A stretch of DNA of 64,000 nucleotides from Candidatus Saccharimonadales bacterium (GTDB lineage Bacteria > Patescibacteriota > Saccharimonadia > Saccharimonadales > UBA4665), in assembly GCA_035546975.1 (NCBI GenBank), contig DASZVS010000014.1, forward strand, positions 124,029-188,028, read 5' to 3'. The position numbers and the translations under genes are program-made. Positions 63,588-64,000 of the stretch are shown here, one piece after another. The first letter of the stretch is position 1. The number at the start of each line of letters is the position of its first letter. Under the pieces are notes generated by a model. That model did not search any database. It had not been told where the DNA came from and was given only the letters and a program-made list of their open reading frames with translations.

Positions 63588-64000
63588 CTAACCCTTGCGT
63601 TTATAAGGCGGACCGCCAAGAAACCAGTGCTGGTCATGATGCTTCAGCATCTCAGCAATGTCAGCATTTTTTTCATCGAGTATAGCGATGATTTTTTTCA
63701 CCAGCCGGCCCGGATTATCGTCATATACCACCAGACTGTCGTCGGGCAGTTCAAGCGCCTCTACCAGTTTGGGGATTTCATCGGCCGTACCGCCACTACC
63801 GGTTAATATGCCACAGGGTTTATGCGCTTCGAGCGCCGAGGTGAATTCGTGTAGGCTGCCAAAACGGCCGCCGATAGTGATAACGGCATCGCTCGATTGG
63901 ACTAAATAGAGATCGCGCCCCACATAGTGCAAACCGGTAAAGTTAATGAAGTTATAACAATTGCTCGGCAAGCGGTATTTGCGCAAATGCTCGCGCAAAC
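63588..64000 (-). CDS. LOG/TIGR00725-like Rossmann-fold protein (3' part; gene probably continues past the right edge)
   Basis: SDAVITIGGRFGSLHEFTSAL...PCGILTGSGGTADE resembles the LOG/SLOG family core. The expected N-terminal glycine-rich strand is not in the window. Confidence 0.55.
   Translation of the reverse strand, partial: LREHLRKYRLPSNCYNFINFTGLHYVGRDLYLVQSSDAVITIGGRFGSLHEFTSALEAHKPCGILTGSGGTADEIPKLVEALELPDDSLVVYDDNPGRLVKKIIAILDEKNADIAEMLKHHDQHWFLGGPPYKRKG

Overview
Gene-dense chromosomal segment with about 60 CDS and 1 tRNA, roughly 85% coding and mostly on the minus strand. I saw no rRNA, CRISPR array, integrase or transposase. Most genes are confidently recognisable housekeeping genes: rpoB, rpoC (5' part), clpP, tig, hisS, rsmD, recG, tyrS, a class A PBP, radA, clpC, nusA, pepN, rnhB, yraN, rplS, malic enzyme, a PilB-type ATPase, a SpoU/TrmH methyltransferase, dnaE, galU, a Nudix hydrolase, gatCAB, uvrB and a type IV pilin.

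Classical neighbourhoods look eroded. There is no rplJL before rpoB, no clpX after clpP, no rimP or infB around nusA, and no other his genes around hisS. Many proteins carry low-complexity tails, and start/stop overlaps are frequent (TAATG, ATGA, GTGA). With the type IV pilus genes and a giant surface protein, this suggests a reduced-genome, Gram-positive-type bacterium, possibly Patescibacteria or Saccharibacteria-like. That assignment is inference only.

Most notable observations:
1. Two perfect CIRCE (HrcA operator) palindromes overlap the promoters of clpP and clpC. A 20-nt partial copy sits at the end of the neighbouring giant gene.
2. A two-gene operon pairs a Cys-less cupredoxin-like membrane protein with an 1835-aa surface protein. 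That protein has three paralogous beta-helix-like modules, Ig-like and FN3-like domains and a C-terminal membrane anchor.
3. A small unknown gene is translationally coupled between gatA and gatB.
4. A HisG-like gene sits next to a bona fide hisS.
5. Several uncharacterised cassettes: a 460-aa/187-aa pair with its own promoter, a 107-aa gene between tig and clpP, and an atypical kinase-like gene.
6. A -10 box lies 6-9 nt before the ATG of several genes, suggesting leaderless mRNAs.

Everything was read by eye from the sequence and the ORF track. No searches or folding calculations were run, and domain boundaries are approximate.
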